32,000 nt of DNA, from assembly GCA_018985225.1 (NCBI GenBank), contig JADGIF010000019.1:1-32000 (forward strand), read 5' to 3'. Position 1 is the first letter of the stretch. Every line of letters begins with the position of its first letter. Shown piece by piece: positions 10,678-20,791 of this stretch. The notes below the pieces were generated by a model that searched no databases, was not told the DNA's origin, and saw nothing but the letters and a program-made list of their open reading frames with translations. A program made the position numbers and the translations under genes. The stretch comes from Amoeboradix gromovi X-113. Its lineage: Eukaryota > Fungi > Sanchytriomycota.

Positions 10678-11190
10678 ATGGCTCTCTCAACTTTGCAGAT
10701 AAGCAATTCTGAATTATGCCTTGTTTCCAAACATGGATATGTCTATGATGTTGGCATCTACTTAGATTGCCCAGTTCTAGGAAACGTTTTAAAGAAATAC
10801 ATGGGTAAAGACATATCCCATATATTTCAAAAAGATGGCAATATTAAAAAACATTATGATAAATATACTGGAGAGTTATGTGAAATGATTGAAGGCATGA
10901 GTTTAGATTTAGTTGGGGTTGAAAAATGGTGGCGAAAAATTGCACCAGTAGACAAGCTTTCAGCTAATGAGTTTTATTTAAAGCTCTTCAACACATTGAC
11001 AGGGCAATCAGAGATTAAACTGGTATGCATCGAGGACACCCTGGGCTTTATTTTAAAAGATTATGATTTGACAAAACTCTCTGTTAAATACGGCAACAAA
11101 CACATGGACTTGGGCGCTACTTTGGAATCCAATGGAGTTATTTCTCAATTTAGCTTACCAACTATATATATGGTATTTGTACCTGAATAA
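10678..11190 (+). CDS. CYB5D1: Cytochrome b5 domain-containing protein 1 (ciliary), divergent
   Basis: GKDISHIF..DG.IK...D..TG, WW, NTLTGQ...VC.EDTL..IL..Y, TLESNGV and LPTIYM follow the CYB5D1 layout (b5-like domain plus ubiquitin-like domain). Confidence 0.7.
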   Translation: MALSTLQISNSELCLVSKHGYVYDVGIYLDCPVLGNVLKKYMGKDISHIFQKDGNIKKHYDKYTGELCEMIEGMSLDLVGVEKWWRKIAPVDKLSANEFYLKLFNTLTGQSEIKLVCIEDTLGFILKDYDLTKLSVKYGNKHMDLGATLESNGVISQFSLPTIYMVFVPE

Positions 11191-11234
11191 ATCAAAGTTT
11201 TCTAAAGAATTCCTTCAAACATTTCCAGATTGTA

Positions 11235-12438
11235 ATGGAACAAATCTTGGATGACCTTTCTGCTAGGTTTATAATTAATCTTCCAGAATCAGAAATAGCG
11301 AAAGTGGAACGTCTTTGCTTTCAACTGGAACAAGCTCATTGGTTTTATGAAGACTTTATTAGGGAAAACCAAAATGGTTTACCAAAGTTTACGCTTAAGG
11401 AGTTTGTATCTTTGTTTTTCGAGCACCTTCCGTTTCTTCATAATTGGGCAGAACAGCACGAACGTGCTTTTAAAGAGTTTATAAAGTATAAACTAAGAGT
11501 TCCTGTCTGTGGTGGCATCATTCTTAATTCTACCTTAGACAAAGTATTACTAGTACGTGGATGGAAAGGTCAAACTTGGTCTTTTCCACGTGGTAAAATA
11601 AACTCAGAAGAACTTCCGGTTGACTGTGCCGTTCGTGAAGTAGATGAAGAAACTGGTCTAAATATCACGCCTTACTTAATCCAGACCAACAAATCTGAAG
11701 CTAAATACGTAGAAGTTAGAGTTCAACACCAAGCTATTAGGCTATACTATGCAGCTAATGTTCCCGAAGATTTTCCATTTGAGACGAGAACCAGAAAAGA
11801 AATCTCTGTACTTTATCCTAATGTAGAAAATTGAATGGCGATCGCTAGACTCAATACCTGGGTATTCATCCGATCATCGCAAACATCCAGATAGAAACAG
11901 GTACTTTAATGTAGTTCCTTTTATGAGCAAAGTTAGAAAGTTTATAAACAAACTAAAAAAGTCAGCCAATATTGCTACACAAGATTCATCTGCAACCATA
12001 GAAATAGAAGAGCAAGAACAGGAAAGGTTTGAGGAAGATGCGGCTGCTACAATTTTGTCACTGCTAAGACATGTTAAAGAGGAAGATGTGCTAAAACCAT
12101 ACTATGATCACTCTGATTTTATATCTGCATCTCCTAGTAAGCAAATGGAGCACCCTGTGCTTAAAAAGGATATCCCTATTGAGCATAGAAATAGTTTAAT
12201 GGATATACTGAAAGGTAGTAATTCAGCTGCTGCTACTAAAGAGCAGGATGAGCTTCAAGAAATAAAAATTCAAACCAGCTTTAAAAGAAAGGCTGATGTT
12301 GTGGATTTGCTTCGCATATTAAAACATTCGCCAGTTCCTGATTCTGATGATGAGGTTGAAATGGGCACTAAGCCGTCATCGTTTAAGTTTGATCTCAAGG
12401 TAATTAATGACATACTTTCGTCGGAAGAATTAGAATAA
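11235..12438 (+). CDS. DCP2: mRNA decapping enzyme 2, exons 11235-11807 and 11827-12438
   Basis: Box A (LDDLSARFIINLP...CFQLEQAHWFYEDF) and Nudix box (GKIN..E....CAVREV.EETG). Splicing gives RKEIS|KIEW...YFNVVPF in frame with ORF 11923-12438. Confidence 0.95.
11808..11826 (+). other. 19-nt spliceosomal intron in DCP2
   Basis: GTACTTTATCCTAATGTAG. Removal restores the conserved KEISKIEW. Confidence 0.92.
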
Positions 12439-12469
12439 TAAACATGTTTTTCGATTAATTCTCCTTGAA

Positions 12470-15400
12470 ATGCTCTTGTCCAATTCCAATTCCAAATTTT
12501 ATAAAATGAGAATGGATAATGTACAATTGACGTTCAGATATAAAGACGAAGTAAGCAAATACTTGGTTGACAACATCAATCATTTAAATGGACTGGCATT
12601 TGCATTCAACCATTCCCCATACTCCTTTATTCGTTCTATCAGCGGTAGGCTATGTTGGTCCTACTTACAGCGGAACAAAAACATCCCCACTATTTTAAGC
12701 ATGAGCAAGAATGACTTGCTGTCCATTGATCTCCCCTATGTGATATATCAAGCATTATTGACCAATAATTCTAATGTTCTCTCTTTCATACAGTCCACTT
12801 TCGACGGCGATACTTTTTCGCTAGGAGGCCCAAAATTGTGTAGGTGGTTGTTATCTAATATCAGCACCAGTCCATCGCTGTTATACAATTGTTTAACTGA
12901 ATTAAACACATCAGTTGATAATGAATTCATTGGTCTTGTAGTTTTTATCAAAGTAGAATACGATCCATTTGATGTGGTGGTGATTCTTTGTCATGTCATA
13001 CCCCAGTTATCTCTCATCAAGGAATTGCATTTGTTCATTTTTAATACAATTTTGCAACTTATTCCATTACGCCCTTCAAATATAGGCAATCTTATCGAGC
13101 TATACCTGAGGCAAAATTTAATAAATGATGCTAGCTTATTTAAACTATCTGCTTACTGCCATCATTTCAAATTATCCGTTACTTTGCCTGCGAGTTCTGC
13201 TAATCCTTTTGAACGCTTCAGCGATAAAATAGTTAATCTGTACATACTACATTTGGTATACGTTGATGAAATACCTATTCCTAATGATAAAATACCTGTT
13301 ATTATAACATTTATCATGAGTCTTGATGCCTGGCCTAGTTTTTATAAATATATTTTATGTAAAATGCAGTACAATAATGACATATTGACTGATATTCCTA
13401 CAAGCGTACCTACTCTATCAAATTACCACAGCACAATATTAAACAATTGCATAAACTGGCTTGTTAATAATGATGATCCGTTAAGGCATGGCTATTTGAT
13501 TCAAGAAACGGTAATTATAATGTCGCAGTACCATCCTATAAATGACGACTTACTGAGGCCTTACTTGAACACAAACTACATCAGCCACAAGCCTCAATTA
13601 AGCAATAATAATGAATCGCTCATTAATAGGGTTACTGGAGATCTAGACTTCTATTACAAAAAATTACTATTGCTGTATGCTCAATGGATAGATGTTTTAC
13701 CTAGTCCGTTCTATGATCTTCTACAGGACTGTTTGGTATTCTATTACTGTAGCACCCCATTGGGTGATATTTCACCCTCAATTGCTTCGCTGCTTGGCAA
13801 AATACCTAGGAAAGTGCTAGAATCATCGTATTTTAGATGCAAGTATACTTTATCCAAGTTGTTTATGGATAACATAAAGTATGGCATACACTCCGCAAAT
13901 TGTTCATTTTACTCGTATTTTAGTGATCTGTTGTTTTACTTGGATATTTTTAAGGAATCTAACATATATGAAGCCATAATGATTCATGAGCAACTGTATT
14001 ACAATAGCGCATTGCGCTGCAATATGCCATGGCTGATGAACACGGTAAATATAGATTTAATTGATTTCAAAAGTGGCCTGTTAAACAATAGTAATATTCT
14101 AAGTAATTGGGAGACCATACACGATTCTCAGAATGGCTATAATCACTGTATTGATGATTTGATGTTGATAACTTCAGGAATAAATTATCCACTGCAAGTT
14201 GATGTACTAAAACAGCTACAGGTACCTACTGACATCATTCAATACGACAAATATGCTAGCTCCTGTATCAAGGCATGCAGACTGCAGAATGTCCCATTAT
14301 TTATCCACAATATTCCAAACTCATTTAACAGTCAATTAGAATATGCAAAGTATAACAGAGCAAACAATAACATAGTAGCAGCATTTCATGCACTAAACAG
14401 CATAAAATCAGATAACCATGCACCTTCTACAGAATCCTTGTCTTTGCAACTGGAAGAGCTGAAAATTAAAATCAAATTCAAGTTGGACAGTTCTACTAAT
14501 ATTCTAGCACAATACCAGAATTTAGCAACCTGTTATTCAAATGCTAAAATATACAAGAAATTGGGTGATTACTGCAATGAATTATACTCTCAAAAACCCC
14601 AGAATTCGTTGGGGTTGAACATTGTCTCGCATTATTCTAATTACTTGAAATCGCAACACGATGTTGAACTAACTATGATTCCTCGTATAATCACATTGTT
14701 CCAGCGTATAGATGTCAGCACTCTTGTAATACATGAATTCTTATCAATCTGTGAATCAAACAAATATTCCAACTGCATTCCGCATGTTAGTTTAATTACG
14801 TCTTTTCTCGCTACTAGCGATCACACATTCATGATATTGATAACAGGACTAATAAACGGGTTATTGAAGCACTATCACAAAAGAGTAGGATGGCATATGA
14901 TCAGCAGTTTAAATAGTAAAAACCCTGAGAAGAAGCAAAAGATGCACAGGATATTAAACATATATTGCAAGCAATACAAGGTAGGTGACTGGATGAATAC
15001 TTTAATAAAAACTAGCCAATACCTAATTAGACTGAGTGAAATGCAATTTGAAAAACATGTCACTGAAGTATTGCTTAGCAAAGAGTACAAGAAGTTGCAA
15101 AGATTAATTGACATTGATGTATATGTACCATTTGCTAATGTGTTAAATTTAGACAAAGAAAATGCAACAATAAACAAATTCGGAGACCATGTTACGCTGT
15201 TGAACAGTCTGGTGAGACCGAAGAAAATGAAAATACACGCGAGCGACGGAATTGTTTATGACTTCCTGTTAAAGAAAGATGAGGACCTGAGAAAAGATGA
15301 AAGGTACTTGGAGGTTGCAGCATTTGTAAATAGGCGATTCAACAAGAACAAACAAACCAAACAACGTAGATTACATTTAAGGACATACAACGTAACAGTA

Positions 15401-16165
15401 TTAAACGAACTGAATGGCCTAATAGAATGGATGAACAACACAGAGACGTTACGGAAAATTATAACGAGTATCCTAAAAATCATGAGTATCAAGGTTAGCA
15501 TGAACAAGATTAGACTACGGTTGGAGTCGCAAGACAGAGAAGCAGAATTTAATAAAATATTGAAAGAAATACCACCAGTACTTCATTTATATTTCTGTAA
15601 TTTGTACCCAAATCCGAGTTTGTACTTTGAGAACAGAATGGGTTTTATTAGAACCACGGCGGCAATGAGTATGGTTGGATATGCATTGGGACTGGGAGAT
15701 AGACACTGCGAAAATATATTGATAGATGTTGTAAATGGTGACCTGGTGCATGTGGATTTTAATTGCTTGTTTGAAAAAGGAAAGAGACTCTCAATACCAG
15801 AAGTGGTTCCTTTTAGGTTAACGCAAAACATAATTAGGGTATTTGGAGCAACAGGGTATGAAGGGCCATATAGGAAAGCCTGTGAGTTGACTCTTGAGTT
15901 GCTCAGGAAGCAATACTATTATCTGGATAACATACTGGATAGCTTTTTAAATGATCCTTTGCTAGAATGGCAGAATAGAAGAGAAAATGAATCACCGACA
16001 GAGTTGGCTCAAAAGAAGTTGGACTTGTGTAAAAATAGAGTGTTTGGGCAGGGACAGCACGGAATACCATTAAGCGTAGAGGGCACAGTACATTGTGCGA
16101 TAATGGAAGCAACATCATCAAAAAACTTGAGTCAGATGTATTTGGGATGGATGCCTTATTTATAG
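12470..16165 (+). CDS. ATR: PIKK kinase ATR/Mec1/Rad3, N-terminally shortened
   Basis: SLVRPKK, DLRKDER, GLGDRHCENIL, HVDFNCLFEKG, PEVVPFRLTQN and the FATC end LSQMYLGWMPYL. Confidence 0.92.
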   Translation: MLLSNSNSKFYKMRMDNVQLTFRYKDEVSKYLVDNINHLNGLAFAFNHSPYSFIRSISGRLCWSYLQRNKNIPTILSMSKNDLLSIDLPYVIYQALLTNNSNVLSFIQSTFDGDTFSLGGPKLCRWLLSNISTSPSLLYNCLTELNTSVDNEFIGLVVFIKVEYDPFDVVVILCHVIPQLSLIKELHLFIFNTILQLIPLRPSNIGNLIELYLRQNLINDASLFKLSAYCHHFKLSVTLPASSANPFERFSDKIVNLYILHLVYVDEIPIPNDKIPVIITFIMSLDAWPSFYKYILCKMQYNNDILTDIPTSVPTLSNYHSTILNNCINWLVNNDDPLRHGYLIQETVIIMSQYHPINDDLLRPYLNTNYISHKPQLSNNNESLINRVTGDLDFYYKKLLLLYAQWIDVLPSPFYDLLQDCLVFYYCSTPLGDISPSIASLLGKIPRKVLESSYFRCKYTLSKLFMDNIKYGIHSANCSFYSYFSDLLFYLDIFKESNIYEAIMIHEQLYYNSALRCNMPWLMNTVNIDLIDFKSGLLNNSNILSNWETIHDSQNGYNHCIDDLMLITSGINYPLQVDVLKQLQVPTDIIQYDKYASSCIKACRLQNVPLFIHNIPNSFNSQLEYAKYNRANNNIVAAFHALNSIKSDNHAPSTESLSLQLEELKIKIKFKLDSSTNILAQYQNLATCYSNAKIYKKLGDYCNELYSQKPQNSLGLNIVSHYSNYLKSQHDVELTMIPRIITLFQRIDVSTLVIHEFLSICESNKYSNCIPHVSLITSFLATSDHTFMILITGLINGLLKHYHKRVGWHMISSLNSKNPEKKQKMHRILNIYCKQYKVGDWMNTLIKTSQYLIRLSEMQFEKHVTEVLLSKEYKKLQRLIDIDVYVPFANVLNLDKENATINKFGDHVTLLNSLVRPKKMKIHASDGIVYDFLLKKDEDLRKDERYLEVAAFVNRRFNKNKQTKQRRLHLRTYNVTVLNELNGLIEWMNNTETLRKIITSILKIMSIKVSMNKIRLRLESQDREAEFNKILKEIPPVLHLYFCNLYPNPSLYFENRMGFIRTTAAMSMVGYALGLGDRHCENILIDVVNGDLVHVDFNCLFEKGKRLSIPEVVPFRLTQNIIRVFGATGYEGPYRKACELTLELLRKQYYYLDNILDSFLNDPLLEWQNRRENESPTELAQKKLDLCKNRVFGQGQHGIPLSVEGTVHCAIMEATSSKNLSQMYLGWMPYL

Positions 16166-16269
16166 TGAACATCACCGTAGTTTGGGAATTAAATCGAACA
16201 AATCATTTATTGCGAGTGCATGAAATCTATTGCACTAGAAGTTATATCTACAGTTTTCTTATTGAATAA

Positions 16270-16480
16270 AACATGATACTCAGAAACTGGAATAAAACGA
16301 AATCCTGTGGAAGAAAAAGGAAAGACTTTGGCAGAACTTAACGAAGAAATTACTAGTCAATCTTCGAAAAGTATTTAGCTCTGAGCAAAATCAATCTGGA
16401 GATATACAGGTACAAATTGCTATCTCAAGAAGATAGAAAACACATGGTAGGGAACATACAGCGATATACATCAATGTCAG
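16270..16480 (+). pseudogene. Decayed Fanzor2/TnpB 3' fragment, in tandem with the next copy
   Basis: From 16319: GKTLAELNEEITSQS / ALSKINLEIY...EDRKHMVGNI, against GRTMVECNEAFTSQT...TNLE...IDRDRMAARNI. Confidence 0.62.
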
Positions 16481-16753
16481 ATATCGCCTTATAGTAGTAA
16501 AAGCGTGAGCAACCTCTTTAAGGCAGCGAATGGCTTTACCTGTCTTGTTACAAATCTTTGATTTCAGGAAACAGCTCGATTGTTTTCTTGAATAAATCAT
16601 TTATCGCGAATTTGTATAATTTCGAGACTTTTTCAGATTTTTCAATGGCTTAAATATTCGACATTCTTTATCTTTGCAAATGGCAAATGGAATAAATAGA
16701 TGTAATTCTGAATATGTCAAATCTAAAGAAATAACTAGCAGGTACAGCATACA

Positions 16754-16927
16754 AAGACATATGATCTTATATACTTGCCATCGTTCAATACCAGCCAAAT
16801 GATAAGTAGCTTGTCGAGCAAGATCGCAAGAAACATGGTAACAATGTCCCATTACATATTCAAGCAACGCTTGAAGTTCAAATGTAAACAAAGAGGAAGG
16901 ACGATGGTTGAGTGCAATGAAGCATTT
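16754..16927 (+). pseudogene. Fanzor2/TnpB pseudogene, part upstream of the insertion
   Basis: KTYDLIYLPSFNTSQMISSLSSKIARNMVTMSHYIFKQRLKFKCKQRGRTMVECNEAF is the typical Fanzor2 (IS607-TnpB-like) RuvC-II region, with the relocated Glu just before the Zn finger. No RuvC-I is recognisable. Confidence 0.85.
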
Positions 16928-16958
16928 GGGACATCAAATATAAAAACTAGACTAAGTC
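16928..16958 (+). repeat. Left terminal inverted repeat (31 bp)
   Basis: GGGACATCAAATATAAAAACTAGACTAAGTC. Confidence 0.92.
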
Positions 16959-17045
16959 GAAAACTTCAGAAATTGGAAAAATAGGATTTACGAAATCTCT
17001 AATAAATCATCTTTCTATAGATTAAAACATTTCAGTTTGAAATTA

Positions 17046-17098
17046 ATATTGCAAATCAATATAGAAATTAGACTAACTTTTCTATCCAATCAAGTCAC
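17046..17098 (+). repeat. Inner subterminal repeat (TIR core plus CCAAT), inverted partner of 26881-26937
   Basis: ATATTGCAAATCAATATAGAAATTAGACTAACTTTTCTATCCAATCAAGTCAC against the reverse complement ACATTGCAATTCAAATATAAAAACTAGACCAACTATACCTAACCAATCAAATATCAC. Confidence 0.75.
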
Positions 17099-17134
17099 TT
17101 GATTTTTAAAATAATTTACCAAATTTATTTATTT

Positions 17135-17707
17135 TTCAATTTTGGATTTTTTATAAGTCCTTTGACTAATTTCCAATTCTGATTCTGTGTTTTCATATGG
17201 TCTTGTCTTTGAACTATATTAGTTAAAAAAAGTACATTGTTTGTGTAATAGTTTCTTCTTCTTCTAATCAATTCAATAAATTATCAATACGTTCAAAAGT
17301 AGAATCAATTGCCTCTACCAATAATTGCCAAGGATAAACATTATTTTTACCAAGTTTTATTAAATTCTGATAGTAATTTGGTCTTATCGTATAAAGTAAC
17401 ATGGGGGTTTTGGGGTTTTAAATCAATAGTAACTTCTGTAATTAAATCATCATTACTAATACTCAACAGAGAATTTTTCAACAAGTAATCTATTTGACTT
17501 CTTAGCTCTCACTTCAGTTACTGTCTCTTCACTCTCGTCATACCAATCAAAGTTCACAATCGTGTAGTCGGCTCCCAATTGTCTCATCTCCTCCAGCTTT
17601 GATTTTTAGTTGACTCATTGATTAGATGCTTCCTTATACATCACACCAACAATCTTTTGCACAGTGATTGCAGTTGTCTCAACATCTTTCATTTCATTTT
17701 GAGTCAT
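17135..17707 (-). pseudogene. Degenerate cargo gene of unknown family
   Basis: Coding-like pieces (MTQNEMKDVETTAITVQKIVG..., KLEEMRQLGADYTIVNFDWYD..., YPWQLLVEAIDSTFERIDNLL) broken by stops and frameshifts. Confidence 0.4.
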
Positions 17708-17744
17708 TGACTAATTGAATATCCACGTTTCTTACTCTTACTAA

Positions 17745-18260
17745 TCACTGTAGTCTTCCTGTCATTTGGTTTGCAACATGCTGTAGCCATAAGTACGGAT
17801 GCTGCACTTCAGTTATAACAAATGGTCCTTCAGCTAAACAATTTCTAGGAACATTCTTGGTCCTGTACTCCACCACTAAATGAGGATTCTGAGGGGAAAC
17901 TGAAACCAGGCTGGCAAAGTCAATTTGGGCTTCAACGGTCTTCAAGTGCTTTAAATAGTACACCGAAGAGAGGCCAGTTGAGTTTTCCATCGGGGTTGCA
18001 GGGCACCCGAAAAACATCGTAAAATTTTTTTTGAAGTAGAATGCAGAATTAAGAAAACCCTTCAACCTACGTTCAAGTTCTATCAATTTACACAAGTGTG
18101 AACTGGGTTCTGTGACTGCTTCTTGTACATTTTTCCATATAAACTATGCTTCTTCACTATATTCCTCATAAATACCAGGCATATTGGTGATTTGCAACAA
18201 TAATTTAAAATAGGTGGCAACAATGGAGTTGTTGATATTCTTGACTAAATAGTCTGTCAT
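17745..18260 (-). pseudogene. Degenerate cargo gene of unknown family
   Basis: The ATG-less 116-aa ORF (17745-18095) is extended upstream by coding-like sequence containing stops. Confidence 0.35.
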
Positions 18261-18588
18261 GTCTTCACCAATGCAATAGCTTTAAATATGCAGTCAATTC
18301 ATAACTCTGATTACGCACAATACTGATAATTTGCTGATTATAAATGATGGGCAACAATAAATCGCAAATTGAATTCTCAATCGAGTACATAGAACTAATC
18401 ATACCTCACAATGCTTTTCTCACCTCTTCTATCAATAAATTGTTACCTACTAATTGTAATAATATTTGGTACATCGAGGCAATCACGCTGTAAAACACTG
18501 TACTGCTTCAACTGTAGATTGTAGATTTATTAAACATAGTTGTATTAAATGGCATTATTTTGCATTAGATAAATAAAAGTGGCTAAAA

Positions 18589-20574
18589 TTACAGAGAATT
18601 TTGTTTATTAATAAACATGCGCGTCAAACCGATTACCGAAAATCCAGTCCATATGCAAATGCACGCAGAAAGCGATGTTTCATATATCAGTACGATGATC
18701 CAGTGAATACAACATGGTGCAAGGTAATATAAAATATCGTAAACAAATTCTTCCGAATCAATATATTCGTCAAACCTGTACTCTTCCATTAACTTAGCCA
18801 TGAACTCGACTGATTCCACAGCTGCACAACCAAATCGCAAATCGTTCCGCACATCGTTGATCAATTCATAATTCCTGTCCGTTATTGGCTTGTTCTTTAT
18901 TTCTTGCAATGCAGATTTCATCCTCAATTCCAATTCTGTGGGCAGCTGTTCAATATCAGATAGCATCTTATTGATTTCCATAATTTTATAATCAAGATCC
19001 CATCGAGTTGATAATACTTCGAATCCGTATGACACACGACATTTTTTGTACAAGAACCGATTGACTTCCCGTTTGATCCATTTGTACAATAAATCCTTAT
19101 TATCAATGGGATCCGGTCGAAAAATTGGAAAATCACCAATATCATCCTTATTCAATTCTCTACGTTTTAAATAAGTTTCATATGCCAATGTAAACAAAGA
19201 ATTAAAAGCCCTACCTTCGTCATCAACATTGAAAGGACCAGAAGCACATATTGTCAGCCCACAATACAACTCATCAGGCCCATTTGTACATACCATATTT
19301 AAACGTTTCATTGTAGAAGTAACAAGCCAAAACAAATCGATATAATCAAACGGTGAAACATGAGATAGACTATATTTGATAATACTACGAAAATCCAATA
19401 ATGAGATGTCATAATGGTATGCATTGGGCATTTTCTTCATATCAGATTCATAGACATAAACAGGATCATGGACCAGCTTTCTTAATTTGTGATTTCCTTC
19501 AATGTTCTTTTGTATTCCATTGTCGATAAATTTTTGGATATCCCCTTTACAAAACTCTTTATAATAGTTGTCAACCACTTGTGAATCATATGACTTGTCT
19601 AGAATATCACTGTTGACATGCCATGTAGGGCTGGCTGCATGGCTTTCTAAATGGCACCATCCACGAGTCCGATAGTCATCATTCATTTGACGAAGGCACA
19701 ACGTGATTGATGCACTATTGATAAAAGATGGAAAATATTGAAATAATGTTTCAAATTCCACCTTCTGTGATGGAGTTCTTCTATCAATACCATCTTCATC
19801 TCTCTGTGGCAAGCACATGTAATCATACCAAATGCCAATTGAACTTAGCATGCAAGTGTAACCGTCTTTGATATTATTATGATAAGCGTGATCTTCAAAA
19901 AATCGTTCAACTTGATGTCTTAAATGAAGATGAATCTTGTCATATTGTTTGTTGCTATAATCATCAATGGCTTGTAAAACTGTTCTAATGACTTTCAATT
20001 GTCTTGATTCTGGATCAGGATGAACTGACACCCCTGGTTTGATTTTCGGAGCTTCCCATCTGTGTGAAATGAAGAAAACATAGAGTGAGGGACATTGTTC
20101 ACCCACATTAGGCTTCTTAAAGAACCAATTTGGATGATCCTCAATGATATCTTGATATTTCTTTATTTTATAGCCTGGGGTGGCTGTATCATTGAGGAAT
20201 TCTCTGGCAGAAATAATATTTGAGATGTCCAGTATATCTCTAATAGTCAAACTAACGGAAATAGGCAACGGGTGTAGATAAAAGGTAATAGTGGAGCGCA
20301 TCTCTTGAATATAATCCCAAAACCCATTTGTTGTTCTTACAAGACAACGTACACAGCAGGCCACCATTGCAGATTCATCATTCTTTTCACATTTTAAAAA
20401 AGCAAGGATTAAAGGCTTATCCACTAGAATGTAGTCTCTTGGGTAAAACAATGGCACTTTGCTAACATATTGAGATTCCTGATGCTGGTAGAAAACATAG
20501 CGAAGTGTGGAGAATAGTCTGTGGGTAGGGACGTGTTGGATCTTTTCAATAATGTTATGCGATTGAAATTCCAT
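18589..20574 (-). CDS. HET-domain (TIR-like) protein with C-terminal hydrophobic helices
   Basis: FFISHRWE..HPDP...QL, IWYDYMCLPQR and DYRTRGWCHLE match the SH.W / W.D..C..Q / RGWC..E motifs of HET (PF06985-like). The start is 20574 or 20616. Confidence 0.75.
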   Translation of the reverse strand: MEFQSHNIIEKIQHVPTHRLFSTLRYVFYQHQESQYVSKVPLFYPRDYILVDKPLILAFLKCEKNDESAMVACCVRCLVRTTNGFWDYIQEMRSTITFYLHPLPISVSLTIRDILDISNIISAREFLNDTATPGYKIKKYQDIIEDHPNWFFKKPNVGEQCPSLYVFFISHRWEAPKIKPGVSVHPDPESRQLKVIRTVLQAIDDYSNKQYDKIHLHLRHQVERFFEDHAYHNNIKDGYTCMLSSIGIWYDYMCLPQRDEDGIDRRTPSQKVEFETLFQYFPSFINSASITLCLRQMNDDYRTRGWCHLESHAASPTWHVNSDILDKSYDSQVVDNYYKEFCKGDIQKFIDNGIQKNIEGNHKLRKLVHDPVYVYESDMKKMPNAYHYDISLLDFRSIIKYSLSHVSPFDYIDLFWLVTSTMKRLNMVCTNGPDELYCGLTICASGPFNVDDEGRAFNSLFTLAYETYLKRRELNKDDIGDFPIFRPDPIDNKDLLYKWIKREVNRFLYKKCRVSYGFEVLSTRWDLDYKIMEINKMLSDIEQLPTELELRMKSALQEIKNKPITDRNYELINDVRNDLRFGCAAVESVEFMAKLMEEYRFDEYIDSEEFVYDILYYLAPCCIHWIIVLIYETSLSACICIWTGFSVIGLTRMFINKQNSL

Positions 20575-20791
20575 CTCTAAGTAACAATAATAGCATCTAG
20601 ACAATTCGCTTGGCATTGTTTTACCCTTTCATTCACGCCATATCCATGCGTCATTAAATTACAAGAATTGAAACAACTATTCTCCTTGTCAAACACAAGT
20701 ACAAGTTTAATGATTTCAAAAGCCGTACATGGCAAGCAGCTAATTTGGAGTCTTTCCAAGTCTGCTATACGGTATAACGTCAATTCATTTA

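Noticed and set aside
11923-12438. Separate 171-aa gene
   Set aside because: It is part of exon 2 of DCP2 after the 19-nt intron.
16775-16984. 69-aa gene as called by the ORF track
   Set aside because: It is a chimera of the Fanzor2 fragment reading into the TIR.
20577-20783. Small ORF or upstream exon linking the two cargo genes
   Set aside because: It has a TTG start and no motif, and I saw no intron matching the GTA...TRATKTAG pattern. The upstream gene already has its own stop and AATAAA.
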